Assembly (NCBI GenBank): GCA_020137815.1
Contig: CM035354.1
Coordinates: forward strand, 5,580,001-5,644,000
Source of the DNA: Hormiphora californensis
Lineage: Eukaryota; Animalia; Ctenophora
Direction of reading: 5' to 3'
Length of the DNA: 64,000 bases
Part shown: piece after piece, positions 10,270 to 25,557 of the stretch
Position numbering within the stretch: position 1 is the stretch's first letter
Layout: every line of letters starts with the position of its first letter
Notes under the pieces: generated by a model
What the model saw: only the letters and a program-made list of their open reading frames with translations
Told to the model about the DNA's origin: nothing
The model's database searches: none
Translations under genes and position numbers: made by a program

Positions 10270-13200
10270 TTTATGAAGAAGTCTACACACACACAGTGTC
10301 GGTATTATAATCAATTGTACTGAACTATGAAACACTCTCATGAGGATAGTTCACGTGAATTTACCTAGTACCGCACTATAACTAATACTATCTCGTTCAT
10401 GAAAATGAGGGATTTTGCAATTCAACCAAACGTCATTCACGTGACCCCCAGCGGTGGAAAATGGGTAAACTTGAGGAAACCTTTATGGTAAACCGCCAGC
10501 CCAAAGCGGAAAATAACGACTCAATCCAACCAACCCCCTCCCCCCCCCCCCCCTGGATAGACAACCCTATAACAATTACCCAGAAACCGCGGTAGGCGAG
10601 AATTAAAATCCCGACCATTAAAAAGTTTTGGGACAGCTTGCAGCTTACCTCTTGTTGTAGTGCAAGTTCGGTAGTAGTTCCCTTGCTGCATGACAGCTGT
10701 ACTGTTGAGCTAATATGGGGAGGGGAGAGTTGCTTCAGATGAGTCCTCATGTGTTCTTTCAGAATACTCCCTCTCGCGAATGCTTTACCACACTGCTTGC
10801 ACGCATGTGGTTTCTCGTTGGTATGGGTCTGGATGTGTCGTCGGAGGTTTGATCCATCCGCAAACCGCATACTACAGTGCTGAAACGAGAGCAAGATTCA
10901 GTGATTTGCAGTGGTCAGACTGGTACATTACTATGATTTTTAAAGTACAGCCAACATAAGGGACCAACTTACAAAAAAAGAACCCGGGTATACGATTATA
11001 AGAAGGTTATTAATGATTCGTTATGATTACTTGACCAGCTGGCAAGTCCTGGATTACCTAAGATGCTGTTTTCCTTTGCAATATAGTGGTCGTTTTGTTC
11101 TCGATAATACCGAGATATTATAATAAAACCCGTATAATTAGTTGTACTCTAAAACTACTAACCAGTATAATATGTCCTTCTATAATATTATGAAATTATA
11201 AGTTGTTAAAACCCCTGGGGTTGGTGGAATTGTGTTATAGACCACTGAACGTGGAGTATTTCATGAGGTTGTATTGAGAGACTGAAAGAGTATTACTACC
11301 AACTATAGGAGGGCAAGAGAGAGAAATAGGGGGAGGGAGATAGAAGGGAAGAGAAAGAGAAAGAGATATACACATGAGAATCTACTATAAATATCCGCTG
11401 TTCCCTTCTCTAGCCGCTGTGTGCAATTGCAGCTCAGTGTGTTTGACCACATCCCCCCGCCTCCTGACTCCTAATGACCATTCGCACCAGCTAGAGTACT
11501 AAAGAACTGGTCCTCGCTAATATCATCTTACATCCACAGCGTTCAAATCGGGACTACTATCTAACTAACTCTTGCTGCTCAGAGTGGCACAGCTGGTTAT
11601 ATACTCTGCATCTCCTTGTTGGCTGCACCATGTGATATGATGCCTTGTTTCCTGCTTCCCCTCATACTCCTCCTCTGCAGGGGAGTGCACTCTGCCCCCT
11701 CTACCACCCCAGAGAATGGTAGGGATAAACGGTACGCTCTCGTCCCCCTAACGAGATGCCGAGCCCCCAACTTTTACAATTGTAACGAGACAGTCCTGTG
11801 TATTCGAAACCAGGACCTGTGTGATGGTGTTTTTGATTGCCCCCTGGGGGACGACGAGGAACGGTGTACCAAGCACGAGTGCCCTCCTGCCGCCTACAAG
11901 TGTAGTGATACAGGGCGGTGTCTAAAACCCGGACAGCTGTGTAACGGTTGTGAGGATTGTGATAACTGGAGAGGATGAGAGGAACTTGTACCAGTGTGGT
12001 GGGCCAGTGTCCTGGGAACCGGTTCTATTGTGCATCCGATCACACCTGTATACCTGTAGCCTGGGCGTGTGATGGACAGACAGGCCAGTGTAGTGATGAC
12101 CTGGATGAGAGGTGTGAGTTCGCGGAGCCTCTCAACATCACCCTGTCAACAGAAAATCCATGAGTTCCTTGTCTCAGTCAACTTCACCCGATCTGAATCA
12201 CCCAAACACAGGCTGGCCCAGCAGATCCGAGTTTTAAAATGGAACATATCACTTTCTGACGGGGGTATTCTGTACGCGGCTCCCCAGCGGGTTTCCTTGG
12301 GCCGAGTGTGCGGGCCGAGCAAGGCTGAGGTGAGGGAGGAGGGAGCCCTGGTTGCCCAACTTTGCGGTGATTCCTTCCCACCCTGGCGATCTGGACACAT
12401 TTATTCTCATTCTGGGTCATTACTCCGTGATAATAAAGTTCTTTAATGACTTTGGAGAGGGAGATGAAGCGGAGAGAGGGCTGGAGATAAAGTTTTGGCA
12501 AGGAGCTTTGCTCATGTGAGACAAAGATCAGGGACTAGTTATTGCTCGAATGTGACTGGGACAAAGATCAGGGACTAGTTATTGCTCATGTGGCCGAGAG
12601 AGGGACTGTAGTTTGTTGTAGGTTGTGAGATCTTTTTTAGTTGTCTTGTATAGTGCCTAATGTAACTTTTGTAGATGTAAATTCTTTTTAGCTTTTGTGA
12701 CCAACACACGCACACACAAACTTTTCAGACTGTGCTTTATCCCAATAATTGAGAGTAAAACTGCTGCATTATTTTAAATTTGGTGTGTAAGCACCAGGAA
12801 CCGACCGGATCAGGAAATACTGGTCCCTGATTGGCTGATAACCAGTCACGTGACCTAAATAACGAGTTCTGATTGGTCGTTTACTTGTTTCGGTCGGTTC
12901 CTGGTAAGCACCCGGATCCCTTACCTGGCATTTGAATGGTTTGATCCCCGTGTGGGTACTGTTGATATGGACCTTCAGGGAACTCATATGGGCAAATGCT
13001 TTTGGGCAATGCTTGCACTTGAACGGCTTTTCGCCTGAAATGAAGGGGTTATCAGGTATATCACATGATGTAGTAGATAGTAAAACTGGTAGCGATATGA
13101 AAGGGGGGTGATTATCAGCATACTCCATGTGACTTGTGGCCCACTAAAGTTGCTTGACCTTACTCAACAAGCTTGTCCAGTGAAAGGGGAACTGGCTGTT

Positions 13201-16200
13201 GACACGGCGCTATCAGCTGATTCCTAATTGAATTTCAAACAGCCAAGTTGCAGATAACCCTCTTAAGAAGGTGAGAGTGGGAGTTATAAAACTTAGAGAG
13301 AGCATGGATTTAGAGAGTTCAGAAAGTACCATGTTTTAAGACACTTTACGTTTCAGTGGTGACTTTATCGCTACCGCACGGTGTCTTTTTCTCAACCTGA
13401 GTAAGCGTCTCAAAGTGAGTCATATGACACGTATGATAGTGACACACCACGAGAGGGGCGAGGGGGGGGTCCCACTAAGAGGTCCCCCTCCATTTGTTTA
13501 CCTAAGTGGTGCCCACAATAAGAGAGACAGTGTTTTCTCTATAAACACAGACAGAGAGTGCTCCAGTCCGGAAGTGGGAAACTAAGAGACAAATGAGAGG
13601 GAGGGGACACTAGTGGATCAAGGTGTGTATCGGGGGAGAGAGAATGAGATAACCCTCTCTCTCTCCAATCCAGCCCGGATGTTTGTGTCTGATCTATGTA
13701 CCTGTATGGATCCTCATGTGAGTCTGTAGAGCCTGAGCAACACCAAATCCCTTCCCACACTCAACACACTTGTAGGGTCTATCGTTGTGTCCCGAGTGGT
13801 TTCTAGCGTGAGCCACCAGAGAGTCAGGCCGAGCAAAGGACCGCCCACATTTAGCACAGGTGAATGGTTTGGTGTGGGTTCGGACGTGCGCTTGTAGAGA
13901 GTCTCTCCTTGCGAACTCTTTACCACATACTTCACATCGATATTGCTTGTCGTCTGGGGAGGGGGGAGGCGCCATTTAGTAGACAGAGAGGGGAGGGGTG
14001 GTCCCCTTTTAATTAATATAATGGGAAATATAGCGTGGGAACCCAGATTTGGGAAACAACGCGGGGTGTGGTCACTCACTCTCATGAACACGTTGGTGAA
14101 CTACAAGGGACCCGAGTTGAGTGAAGCTCTTCCCACAGTCCTCACAGGTGTGAGATGGAGAAGTGGGTGGGACAACGGCAGTCGGCTGGGACACTGCTGT
14201 TATAGGGATCGTTCTGATAGCTAGCTTTTCTTGCATCGCCTGGAGATGTATAGAGGGTTAGATACGAATTAGGGAGATGTAGAGAGAGAGTGAGACTGCA
14301 TATGGTCAGGAATGTGGGACCCTCAACCGATAGCTGTAGGTGGAAGGGGTTTAGTTTTTTGTGTTGTTTTTCTAAACATCGTGATTAACTTAGAGTTACA
14401 AGAAGAGGAAAATTGATCACTGATCAGATTGAGAGAGCTGTTAGTATGATTTTCTCATAGATAACTCTCGACCTATACTTGGTTAGATCACAGACAATAG
14501 CTACTTAGGTACTATAATAATATATTTATAGTCGCCTGACAGATTAGACCCCTACTCAGGAGGGACAAACAATGACATTGGGGCCCAGGTCCAATCTGTC
14601 TCACTTTGGACCGCTACAACTGGTACACCCTTGTACCATAGCTGGAGTCTGTGATCGAGTTCATGTTATAGAGGTGTGTGTGTGTGTGTCTGTTTGTATA
14701 CCTGGAGATTTTCCTTTAACATCTGGAGAGATGGATTCAGAAAAAGTGGTGAGAGAAGTGGTGAGATGGCGAGGACAGGGGGTGTAACAGTCTGGGGACT
14801 CGGAGTTTTTAGGAGGTTCTCCGCATCAAAGGGCCGTACTGGGGTTTTCTTCTCTCCTGTGGGTTATGCGTCTGTTAGTTTTACAACATGATATTATGGT
14901 TCGGATATCATTTGTCTGGCGCCAGAAAGGCCAGGATATCATCAAAGCTTTGCAAAGGTGCTTTATACTAAAATCTTATTCTTTTATAATTCTCCGCCAC
15001 CTATTTAGTAATATTATAGGCAGTGGATAATTCCCATTTTTCTAGTCTCGAGATTTCATAACCATAAAACGCAGTTATCCCATTTTCGTATACCCATGAA
15101 TATACTTTACAAATGAATGCCGGTCATGAATAAATAGTTTATCCTTGTACCTCTCCCTTTTCATAAATCTCCTTATCTAACTCCATGTCACTACCAGACG
15201 GTCCCCGATTTACCGGGCAAAACCCTTTCCCCCGACCATTCCGGTAAATCGGGGTCCGACTGTACCAGACGGTACCAACCTAAGTCCCTATATGGATATG
15301 TGTGACTCACCATGGTTGAGGGCATGTTCCAGTAGATGAATCCGGAGTGACTCCAGAAGAGCGAACACATGACCACACTCATCACACCACAGAAAGGCAT
15401 CCTTGCCACATCGATATAGCCGGTGAGATACCATACTCAGGGGGTGAAGGAACATCTTGGGACAACAAGGACACTGGAACACACCTGTGAAGGGGTGGTG
15501 GTGAAAGGGAATACACGATTTATTGTACCGGGGGGGGGGGGGGTAGAAGAAAGTGTTCGGAACTACCGATAACACAATAATCTATGGTGGTGATTAGGAA
15601 ACAGCCCTGTTTTTTATACTGATAAGCCGAGTATTGCACCATACATACCGGTCGGGGAGACTGCTGGAAGGGGGTGCAATTCCAAGAAGATTTAGGTAGC
15701 TATCAGAGAGTTTAAGGAGCAACTCCTCGCCTCCATTCAAGTCCCGTGTTACCTAGTTGAAAACAGAAAATCAAGTTAAATTTTATCCATTTTTTAAAGT
15801 TCCCATCAGGTTGTGCGGTTAGGCTAGGTGTTCTGTTCATTGAGAAAAGACCACATAATAAACCCCATGGTTTCATAGTTACATATATATTCGCCCCCCT
15901 CGTCGTTGAAAAGTGAGAACTGTTTCGATCTTTACCAGTTAATCACCACACCTAGAGAACTGGAGGAAGACTGGAATTATATTTACCCGGAATTTTAGAG
16001 TTCCCGTGGTGTTGTCCAGTAGGACCTCAACGGTAGATTCAGAATTATTCCGGGCAAACTGGACCCAACCAAGCCAGGTAGACCTGGTATCGACATACCC
16101 TGTTAGGGCTCCAGCCTCTCCGAACACCTACAGTATCAGAGATAAGTGATTCTGCAGATAGCACTTGGGGGGTGGGGGGTCATGGGTTCTGTAGTAGAAT

Positions 16201-16450
16201 TTGAACTGGGGGAGAGGTCATGTGTTCTGCAGATAGAGTTCGGGTATTTTTAAAGGGTACTCAGATAAGAACCTACCTCCCATAAATGGATATCTCGTGA
16301 AGAAGCGGCTGTTGGGATATAGGGAAATGGAAGGAGGGTGTCACTAAGGATGACCTCTGTTGTCCAAACCCCCATGCCATATCCAGGAACCTTGGAGGGT
16401 TGGAGTTGGAATCCAGATGGAAACTCCACTGGAGACTGTAAAACACCCAT
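10270..16450 (-). CDS. PRDM-like PR/SET-domain C2H2 zinc-finger protein, multi-exon (approximate exons 16277-16450, 15988-16127, 15290-15484, 14078-14239, 13701-13953, 12925-13035, 10649-10879, 10270-10282)
   Basis: PR-like motifs [15 protein letters not shown] and [15 protein letters not shown]; about 9 C2H2 fingers ([44 protein letters not shown]); GT-AG boundaries visible. Gene ends are approximate. Confidence 0.75.
11386..11393 (+). promoter_or_regulatory. Candidate TATA box of the nested LDLa gene
   Basis: TATAAATA about 250 nt upstream of ATG 11637. Confidence 0.35.
11637..12519 (+). CDS. Secreted protein with 3 LDL-receptor class A repeats and a CUB-like domain, nested antisense in a PRDM intron; frameshifted near 11970, 12160 and 12430 (errors or pseudogene)
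   Basis: Signal peptide [19 protein letters not shown]; LDLa repeats [29 protein letters not shown] and [19 protein letters not shown]; CUB-like [24 protein letters not shown]. Confidence 0.7.
12795..12903. mobile_element. 109-bp hAT-type MITE with an 8-bp TSD
   Basis: TIR caggaaccgacc / ggtcggttcctg; perfect TSD gtaagcac at 12787-12794 and 12904-12911. Confidence 0.9.
15192..15272. mobile_element. Short palindromic MITE (ccccgatttaccg...cggtaaatcgggg)
   Basis: Inverted termini; taccagacggt repeated at both ends. Confidence 0.65.
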
Positions 16451-17677
16451 TATATTACCGCTGTGTGCTGGGAAATAACATATTAGCTGGAACATATATA
16501 TGTAGGTGGATATAATTATATGGAGAAAACGAGGGGATTCCTATTAAAACTGTGATGCAATGGGCTGTAAAACTGATAAATATTTGAAGGAGAAAAACGA
16601 AAACATATTATGAGGAGAACACGCCTAGAACCGCTTATCACTTGCACTTGCACTTTCAGGGGCGTTTCACGTTAGTAGCTGCAAGTGCAGTACTTTGTGC
16701 AGGGCAAGTGGGTGAAATTGATAAGAATGGAATTTAAAAAGCACAATCAAGCGAACCTAAACCAGTATTGAGAAGAAATGGTTAACTTATCCAAAAGAGG
16801 AACTGAACCAATAACGCGAGCTAACTTGGTGGGATATGGGAAGTGGGGGCTGTTTATACTATCCAATAGTGGCACACACATCTTGTCACGCCATCTCGGG
16901 AGCGCGTTAGATGGGCGTGAGGGGACTCGTTAAGAGCATGTTAACTAGGAAGCGCATTAAAGTGAGAGCAAGTTCCCTCGGCTGGTGATGAGGTTTGACC
17001 ACCAGCTCGTCTATATAGATCTGCTTGCTACTTCGGGTGCACGCTTATAACATGCACCTGGTATAATACCAAACAAGAGAGGCTGGGGACAAGCACTACC
17101 CTAGAGAGGGAAAGAGAGAGAGAGGGGGGGGGAGTGCTTGTTTATCACCCTAAAACAAGGAAAGAGGGCTTGTTGTCTCCATTGTCCCACCCGGTGTTGT
17201 TACCCCGGAAGTGTGCAACGTATTGTCCAACCCAGAGACCACACACTACTGGCACTGGAGTAAGGGGTGGTGCACAAAACAAGGGTCATGCAGCAAGTGG
17301 CGGGGGAACAATGGGGGGACGTCACCCAACCACCAGCAAAACTGGAGAAGGGGTCGCTCGCAGGACAACAAAACATGTGACAACAACAACTCAATAAAAG
17401 GGTCCATATTATATTATTGATACCAACTGCTGCACCCATATTGTGTCTGAGAAAAAGGGGGAGTTTTGCCAAAGATGCTGCTCCATGGTGTTATTACTGG
17501 GAGTGATAAAGTAAACAGGAGGTGCAGGAAAAATCTGAAGGTTCACATCTCTTTCCCCCTCCTTGTCCCGGCCCCAGGTCCTACTTAGATAGACAGAGTG
17601 GGACCTGGGTATCGTTAAACAAACAGTTGTAATGCCCCCCAGCACGTGATAGATGGTGCAGACACTTTACAGGGAGG

Positions 17678-17800
<123 letters not shown>

Positions 17801-19099
17801 TTATTATATACTGAAACTGAAAGGGGCGGAATGACACTCCGAATCTAACTAGTATCACTTGAAGGGACAGTGAACGGCAGAAGAAAGATAGAAAGTTAAT
17901 TCACTTGTTTATCGCAATTCTGCCCCTTCTATTCTTCTCCTTTGATCTCTATAGCACTCTCCTTCTATCTATCTCCCTCTGTATGATTGAGACCAATCTG
18001 TCAGTATCCGTTTCAAATGACTAACTCCGCCGTGGTAGCAGAAGATATCTAGGACGAACGTCAGTCAAGCAGTCACCGACACTCGCAGAGCTACTTCTCA
18101 CATTCAGGGGGGGGGGGCTATAGAGGGAGAGAATGGGAAGGACTACTACAGAGAGGAATTATTATAGAGCTGGGGAGGGTGCAAAGTTACCGGGAGCAGT
18201 TAGGACAATCATGCACCCTCGACAAGGCCATCTGCACATGGTTGGTCCTTGTTCAGCAGTGAGAAAGCTATCACAGATTATCTGTAATTTTACATAGTAG
18301 TAGCAGCTAAATCACAGCTCACCCCCAGATCTGCCAGACATCTCAAACTTACGGTGCTCAATAATCAAATGAGTAAACCCCCCTCTCTTTCTCTCGATCG
18401 CTTTCTCTCTTCCTCTCGATCGCGACTATAACATAGGGTGTCCTTTCGCCACTCAACTAGAGCCGGTCACTACTATAACAGTTTAACTCTAACTATGATC
18501 AATAGTTTGCAGTATAAAGTAAGCTGATGTAATCCGTTCAAGATGTAATACGCTAGGAGTTTCTACAAAAAAGGAGTGGGATATTTAACGTCAAAAAGAG
18601 TCCATTATAATAATCTCAGGGATAACTTGATTTTATGCAGTTCAGCTTGATGATTATATTAATTATATATATCCGTGATATTATCCCCCTGATCCCTCCG
18701 CCCGAAATAAGGACTGTTTTACCCCCGCTGACGAGCTAATATAGAGCCTATTTACACTGATTTCCCTTGTCTTGTGCAGCGTGAACCGGACCAGAAATTT
18801 GTATGGGTACAATTAAGACTCCAAATTACAACAGCAGAGAAATGAACTGTATAGTGTATAATGAATTGACCCCCCTTCCCCCAATGAGAGATATCGAAGT
18901 CATGTTATCATGGTTTAGAACCAGTGGAACTGTAACTAGAAACCTCAATCGGAGTTTAAAACACGCCCGCCGGGGGCTGAAGAAAAGACAGCAAGTCAGC
19001 TAGAAATAAATGCAGGAATTTTGGAGAAAGTTTCAATGAACAGAGCTCTGTTTATCTCTTATTCTTATCTCGCATATTCCTCCCCCACTTCACTGGAGC

Positions 19100-19351
<252 letters not shown>

Positions 19352-19995
19352 AATCATAACTAATATGTCGAGTGGGAAGGGAATGTTTCGAGTCTTCATT
19401 GGATAAAATTTTCCATATTCTGTACCTATAACAGTTCAATATGAAGTAAATTCAATTTAACTTCTACCCATAAAAAACAATAAAATGCATTGTTACGCTT
19501 TACTGTGACACCTTGAATCAAACCTTTGAGACTGATCGACCTTCGACCCACTGAACCCACTTGATAAACTACCATTCATGAATCATAAAGTAATATTAGC
19601 CCATCCAGAATCTTTCATTAGCGGTTCAGGCCGACCCTCGTATCTATTTTCCTTTCCCCTCTTTTACAATTACGGCGATATATCTCATGGGAAAAAGAGT
19701 TGACAGCTTTATTGACCCCCCTGCCTGGGTGGGGCCCCTGTATTTTCAGTTAACAAGTTAAGTACGTCCCTGTGAGTTAGAGCGCTACGTTAATAGTTGG
19801 TAGCTAGGTAATAGGTTTACCTCTTCTTGCCCCACCTAGCCCCCCGTGGGAGTCCTAGTGTTGTACTAGTGTGATGCGATCTGTGATTGAATCACAAGTA
19901 GCTCTGCGGTCCCCCGACAGCCCCCAATTTGTAACAAGTGCATGCAGGGAGATACTTCTCTCAACTTTCACTTAGAGTCTTCTCTCTAAGTCTAT

Positions 19996-20246
<251 letters not shown>

Positions 20247-21142
20247 GACCTCACTTGCTCTCTCCCACTCCCTCGTTTTTCAATAAACTATTTAAACAGC
20301 CATAACTAAGCCATTATGTTGTCGATATGATCTTCGAATTGATAATGATACGAAGGATCTTCACAATTTGAATTACCAATACTGCAGCTACTTCCGAAAT
20401 TCGTAATGCAACTACCATTATACGATTACGATACTATATAACACCATTACCAACTTCAATAAATAGGGAGGCGAATATAAAACTAAATGACAAGGGGAGC
20501 GAGAGGGGGTATATCGAGACATACAAAATACTCAACTATTAAATAATCGCATCGGAAGTGCCATGAATCATGATCCAAAAACCATATATCATAGCAATGC
20601 TATTAGCATCGTTTAACTAAAAGAAGAACGGACACGTTACTGTTATGTTTCTCTCCCTTACCCTGTTCGGACTCTTATTATACCAGCACGTAGAATGAAT
20701 AGGGGCAGGGAGAGTTTTGATAAAACTTTTATTGTTTTACTAAGAAGTTCGTGTTACAAAATTATTGTGCCATTTTATGTGATTTCCCCTGATAGTAATC
20801 CTGTCTAACTACCCTGCCGTTCATATCATTTGATCATGTGTTAATGATATCTCTCGGCTCAGAGGGAAGAAGGATTCCTACTTTCAAATATCATGATCAA
20901 TGGATCAAATTAGAATGGATAATGGACCACTGGACCGTGAGAAATTTGATTTTCCACTTAGTATGTTGACTTTTCTAATGGAAATTGCTGTCCTCATGCT
21001 TAAGTAATTTGACTTATCGAAATTTTATCAAATTTTCGACGCGTGCCTGCTGCTAAATAGGGAATTGATGGCGCCACCACTCCCACTAAAACACGTGGGA
21101 ACGTACAAGAAATCTGTAACAAGGCATCAGTGATCACCTATT

Positions 21143-21314
<172 letters not shown>

Positions 21315-22170
21315 CACCTTGATAGTCTTGTTGACTGGCATTGCCTCTAAACTCAATCATTCCCCGGTCCCCGCTGACATAAGAGTCAATTAGAGAGCCC
21401 GGCAATTGGTTTAGGAAGGAGAGAGACATGCCGTTGCGATTCTTACAGGGACCATTAACCTGTTAGAGTTCTGCACTCTATGAGGCTGAGAGATCGACGT
21501 GTCGAGAGATGGCACCCCCATCATATTGCCTGGACGAGCCATGGGCAATGAATATTGAGAATGCATTATGTTAGCCACTTAGATTATGTAATGTGAGTTT
21601 AAAATGGAGCACTGTGAATGAGTGACAAAAATATTGCGTTGCATTGCATGACTCAGACTATTAAATTAATATAATAACGCATGCGGCATGAGCTCGGTGA
21701 ATAAATCAAGACCGGTAATTCTATTTGCTTTTAGCTTGATATCTAACCGTCCGATGATGCCTACATCCCCACCAAGCCCCGGTGGTAGAAACTCTGAAAT
21801 TTGATGACATACAATGAGACTGCCATCAGTCTGGCGGCACCAGATGAAACCAACGACAAGAAATGAGAGGAATTATAGCGGCTTTTGTCTGTTCACAAGT
21901 AGCTATTGAACCTTGTTAGGCCAAACTCCTCAAAAGGCTACTGGTGGCATTATGTAACTATTTAGACAATAGAACAATGAAACAAGTAGCCAAACCTGCC
22001 ATATATAACCAGTTCTCAGCACAAAAGGGGCCCGGGGCACCCTTCAGCAAGGGATTGCGAAAGGCACTAAAGTGGGTGGTCAGCAGTACGCTGTCTGGCG
22101 GGGACCGACAGGCAGTATGTGGTGTGATATTCATCAGGAATATGAAAGATGATAGTGATAGGTCGATCGA

Positions 22171-22307
22171 GGTGGTCATAAAGAGGTCAAGGTGGTCATA
22201 AAGAGGTCAAGGTGGTCATAAAGAGGTCGAGGTGGTCATAAAGAGGTCAAGATGGTCATAAGGAGGTCGAGATGGTCATAAGGAGGTCGAGATGGTCATA
22301 AGGAGGT
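22171..22307. repeat. 20-bp tandem repeat, about 7 copies (ggtggtcataaagaggtcaa)
   Basis: Directly visible; sequence variants drift along the array. Confidence 0.9.
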
Positions 22308-22936
22308 GCAAGAGTCCGATCGTACAGTGGTTAGCTTGCTAAACTGGCACTAGCGTCGTTCAATTTACTTTTCCACCCCGCGTATAACGCTGATTCGGAT
22401 TCTGATTAGCTCGCCATTCATTTCCCCGAAATATTTAGTTATTATATCCAACCATCTCATGCCTCCTGCCTCACATTTTATATTGTTTTGGATTTAATTA
22501 GTGATCCGCCAATTAAGTTATACCGTCCCGTGAACTTAAAAACGGTTTGTTTAGGTAAACTGTACATAATAAAATCGTAATTTATAAAAGAACCTTTTAG
22601 AAATCGTTTTTCAGAATTTCACACATGTTCTAAGTACCTGCTTCCAAAACAAAAATCCTTCTTTTTCTCATCACAAGGGGAGGTTATCAGTACCCGTATA
22701 TAATGATCAAGATGCTCTTGGTGACGTATGTACAGTTCTCTCTCTCGCTCTCTCAATTAATATCTCAGACCCACAAAATGCAGTTTTAGTAGAACACAGC
22801 TCAAGTATGAGGAACACGCTGCATCAGTACACCGTACTATATAACACAACATGTTCATCGCTTTAAATACTCTTCAAACCGCTCAAAACACTCTTCATCG
22901 TTTCTTTCACATTGACGTACACATAAAAAGTCTATC

Positions 22937-25557
22937 TTAGTTTGTCATGATAGGCTGATGATTGTCTATCCTTTCCAGGAGCCTCTCAGAGTATCCAGGT
23001 GAGTAATACCTAGAAAGATGGATTGTTAGTTGGAAGCTATCGGACATCGCCAAATACTAATTCCAGAGAACAAGAACAATTCATTAACGTAGTCTAGAGA
23101 ACAAGTCATTAAAGTATAATAAGGATTACATACCTGACAATTTCTTCTGGGTAGCAACCGTTAATAATGTTAATGTATTCCATGAGGGCTGAACCAGGCT
23201 CTGCCTTGATTTCCTGAACCTTCTTCAGACCACCCGATGTCACGAACAACCTCCTAGCCTTGGCATCATGGGGCAGTACCTGAGAGGGGATATGTATCGT
23301 TAGTTTTCTAGAAGCTAACATTGCTTCTCACACGACTACTCTGATAGAACCCCCCTATCGCACAATTACTAAAACAGTGTTACGTACCTTTGAGAACTGT
23401 GCCACAACGTGTTTCAGAATGTTAGGAGGGGCATCGTGCAACAGGGGCTCAAGTGCGGGAAGGTGGACACACTTTTGTAGAATGTTCTTTAGGGCCTTCT
23501 TAGCCTGGAAAACACAATTTTTAGTTCTTTATGCCCAGCAAATACTGCAAAAGAAGTGTAAGACAATTAATCTGATAGTATCTAATTACCTTGATCTGTA
23601 GATCCTCTGAACTTCCTGCTCTAAGGTAGCACTGTAGTAGTGTAGGGAGAACATTGGCCTGGGCGACTGCCTTGGCATGTTCGGGGGTGTGCCTGCCAGC
23701 CTGTCCCAGAGCCCATGCAGCAGCAGCCTGTGTAGGAGGCAACATGGTTAGTTACAATCTCAGTACACTAAAATATCAGGTTCAATTCTCCCGTCCCTAC
23801 CTCACTAAATGATCGCACGAGTTACACACCTGGATATGGTCTTCCTGTTCCTCCTGTAAGGCAATTGCCAACTGGACAACGCCCTTGGATACAATGACAG
23901 CCATTGCCAAGTTCTCAGAATGTGCAGCAACATAACCCAACATCATAATTCCAGGAAGTCTGACATTTCCGGCACTGTCACCCACGTAGTCGATTACAGC
24001 TGCTACTCCTCCAGCGTTTACGATAAGTTGTGCCAGCTGAGGGGAGGGAGGTGATTAGAGAGAGAAAAGAAAAGGAGAGATTGTTACTCGAAGTAAAGAA
24101 AGAGAGCAGAGAAGCCTGTGCTTGTTTTTGATCCATGTTTTGATGTCGCTACGTTGTCAAGGCAACTCTGTGTAAGGCGCGCGAAAACAGGGGTCCTTTC
24201 ATTCCAAGCGCGTTGGACCGTTCTCGCGCGCGACGTAAAGTTTCCATCAAGATTTCTAAATAATCCTTCGTGGAGTTCAAATCGTGCAGGTGTGCGTGTG
24301 TCATGACAGTGTGTGCAGTAATAAGGTGGCACATATTGCGTTACCTCTGGAGTATGCTTAGCAACCTCTCGGATCAAAGTAGCACAGTTCTTCTTGACGT
24401 ATTCGTCCGAATCTGAAAATGTACTAGCGTGTGACTGATGCATTCTACTCCCAAAAAAGAGAGAAAGTACAGAAAAAGAGATAGTTATGTCCAGAAAAAC
24501 AAATTGTGCCTACCTTTGAGGCAGGTTAGAACGTTGGGGAAGATCTCAGCCTCGACAACCATTTCAGCAAGCTCCACGGAGTGCTTGCTAATCTGGGAGA
24601 GAGCTGAGAAGACCTGTCGCTTCAGTTTGGCATCGGGATTCAGGGTTAGGTTGGCCAGATGGGCGATGGCACCCGCGTCCACCACAGTCTGTGCCAGCTC
24701 TGGAAAGAGACACGAGGTTAGAAATTAGTCTACAATAGTGTATTCTCCCAACAAGTTCTACTTACCGGGGGAGTGTTTGCTGATATCAGAGAGTGCAGAT
24801 GCAGCAATCCTCTTCAGGGACAGTTCAGGTTCCTGAATACACAGGACAAGAAGGGGCACCTGCTCCACTGTCTACCACGCTCTGAGCCAGCTCACCATTG
24901 TGCCTGGCAATGTAACCTAGAGCCCAGGCGGCAGCCTCCTTCACACCAGGGTCGAATTCCTCCAGGCAGATTGCCAGGGCGTCCAAGGCACCCGAGTCAA
25001 CAACTGCCTGTAATAGATCAACTGATAATAGTATGTGTGGAAGATGCATTTTAGACGGGACAATCAAGAACCAAGAGTTTCTAAGAAAATCCAAATATGG
25101 AATAAACGGGGGCCTACCTGAGCGAGAGGAGGGGAGTGCTTTGCAACTGCTCGGAGAACAAAAGCAGCAGCTTTCTTGTAGAATCGATTCTGTTCGGCCA
25201 GGGAGTACACTAGCTGAGGCAGGATATCTCCTTTAACTACGGCCTCCGCAAGATCGTCACTGTAATTCGCGAGACGGCCGAGAGCAAGGGCGGCCGTCTG
25301 TTGAACGGATGGGACAATATCCAGAAGGAGAGGTCGGAGAAGGGACATTACACCTAGAAAGAGGGAAATGTCAACAAAATAAAATTAGGGTCACTCTTTG
25401 GCTGCACAATAAAAAGTTCATTCTTGCGATCATTACCGGCATTTTGGAGGGTCTCGATGTTCTGGGGACGAGTTGAGAGGTCGGCGACAGCTTGTACGAA
25501 GGCTGTCCTGGCCTTTTGGTACTGCTCAAAGACATTTAAGATTTGCCGTGTAGTCAT
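22937..25557 (-). CDS. SPAG6: Sperm-associated antigen 6 / PF16, central-pair armadillo-repeat protein (about 11 exons)
   Basis: MTTRQILNVFEQYQKARTAFVQAVADL, QQTAALALGRLANY, EEFDPGVKEAAAWALGYIARH, RLPGIMMLGYVAAHSENLAMAVI, ARRLFVTSGGLKKVQEI; last exon YYSPGYSERLLERID..stop at 22937. Confidence 0.95.

Noticed and set aside
17134-17645. Overlapping short ORFs upstream of the PRDM-like gene
   Set aside because: No recognisable motif or consistent splice structure; cannot support a CDS.
22171-22307. Regular 20-bp repeat as a possible CRISPR array
   Set aside because: No unique spacers and eukaryotic context; a plain minisatellite.
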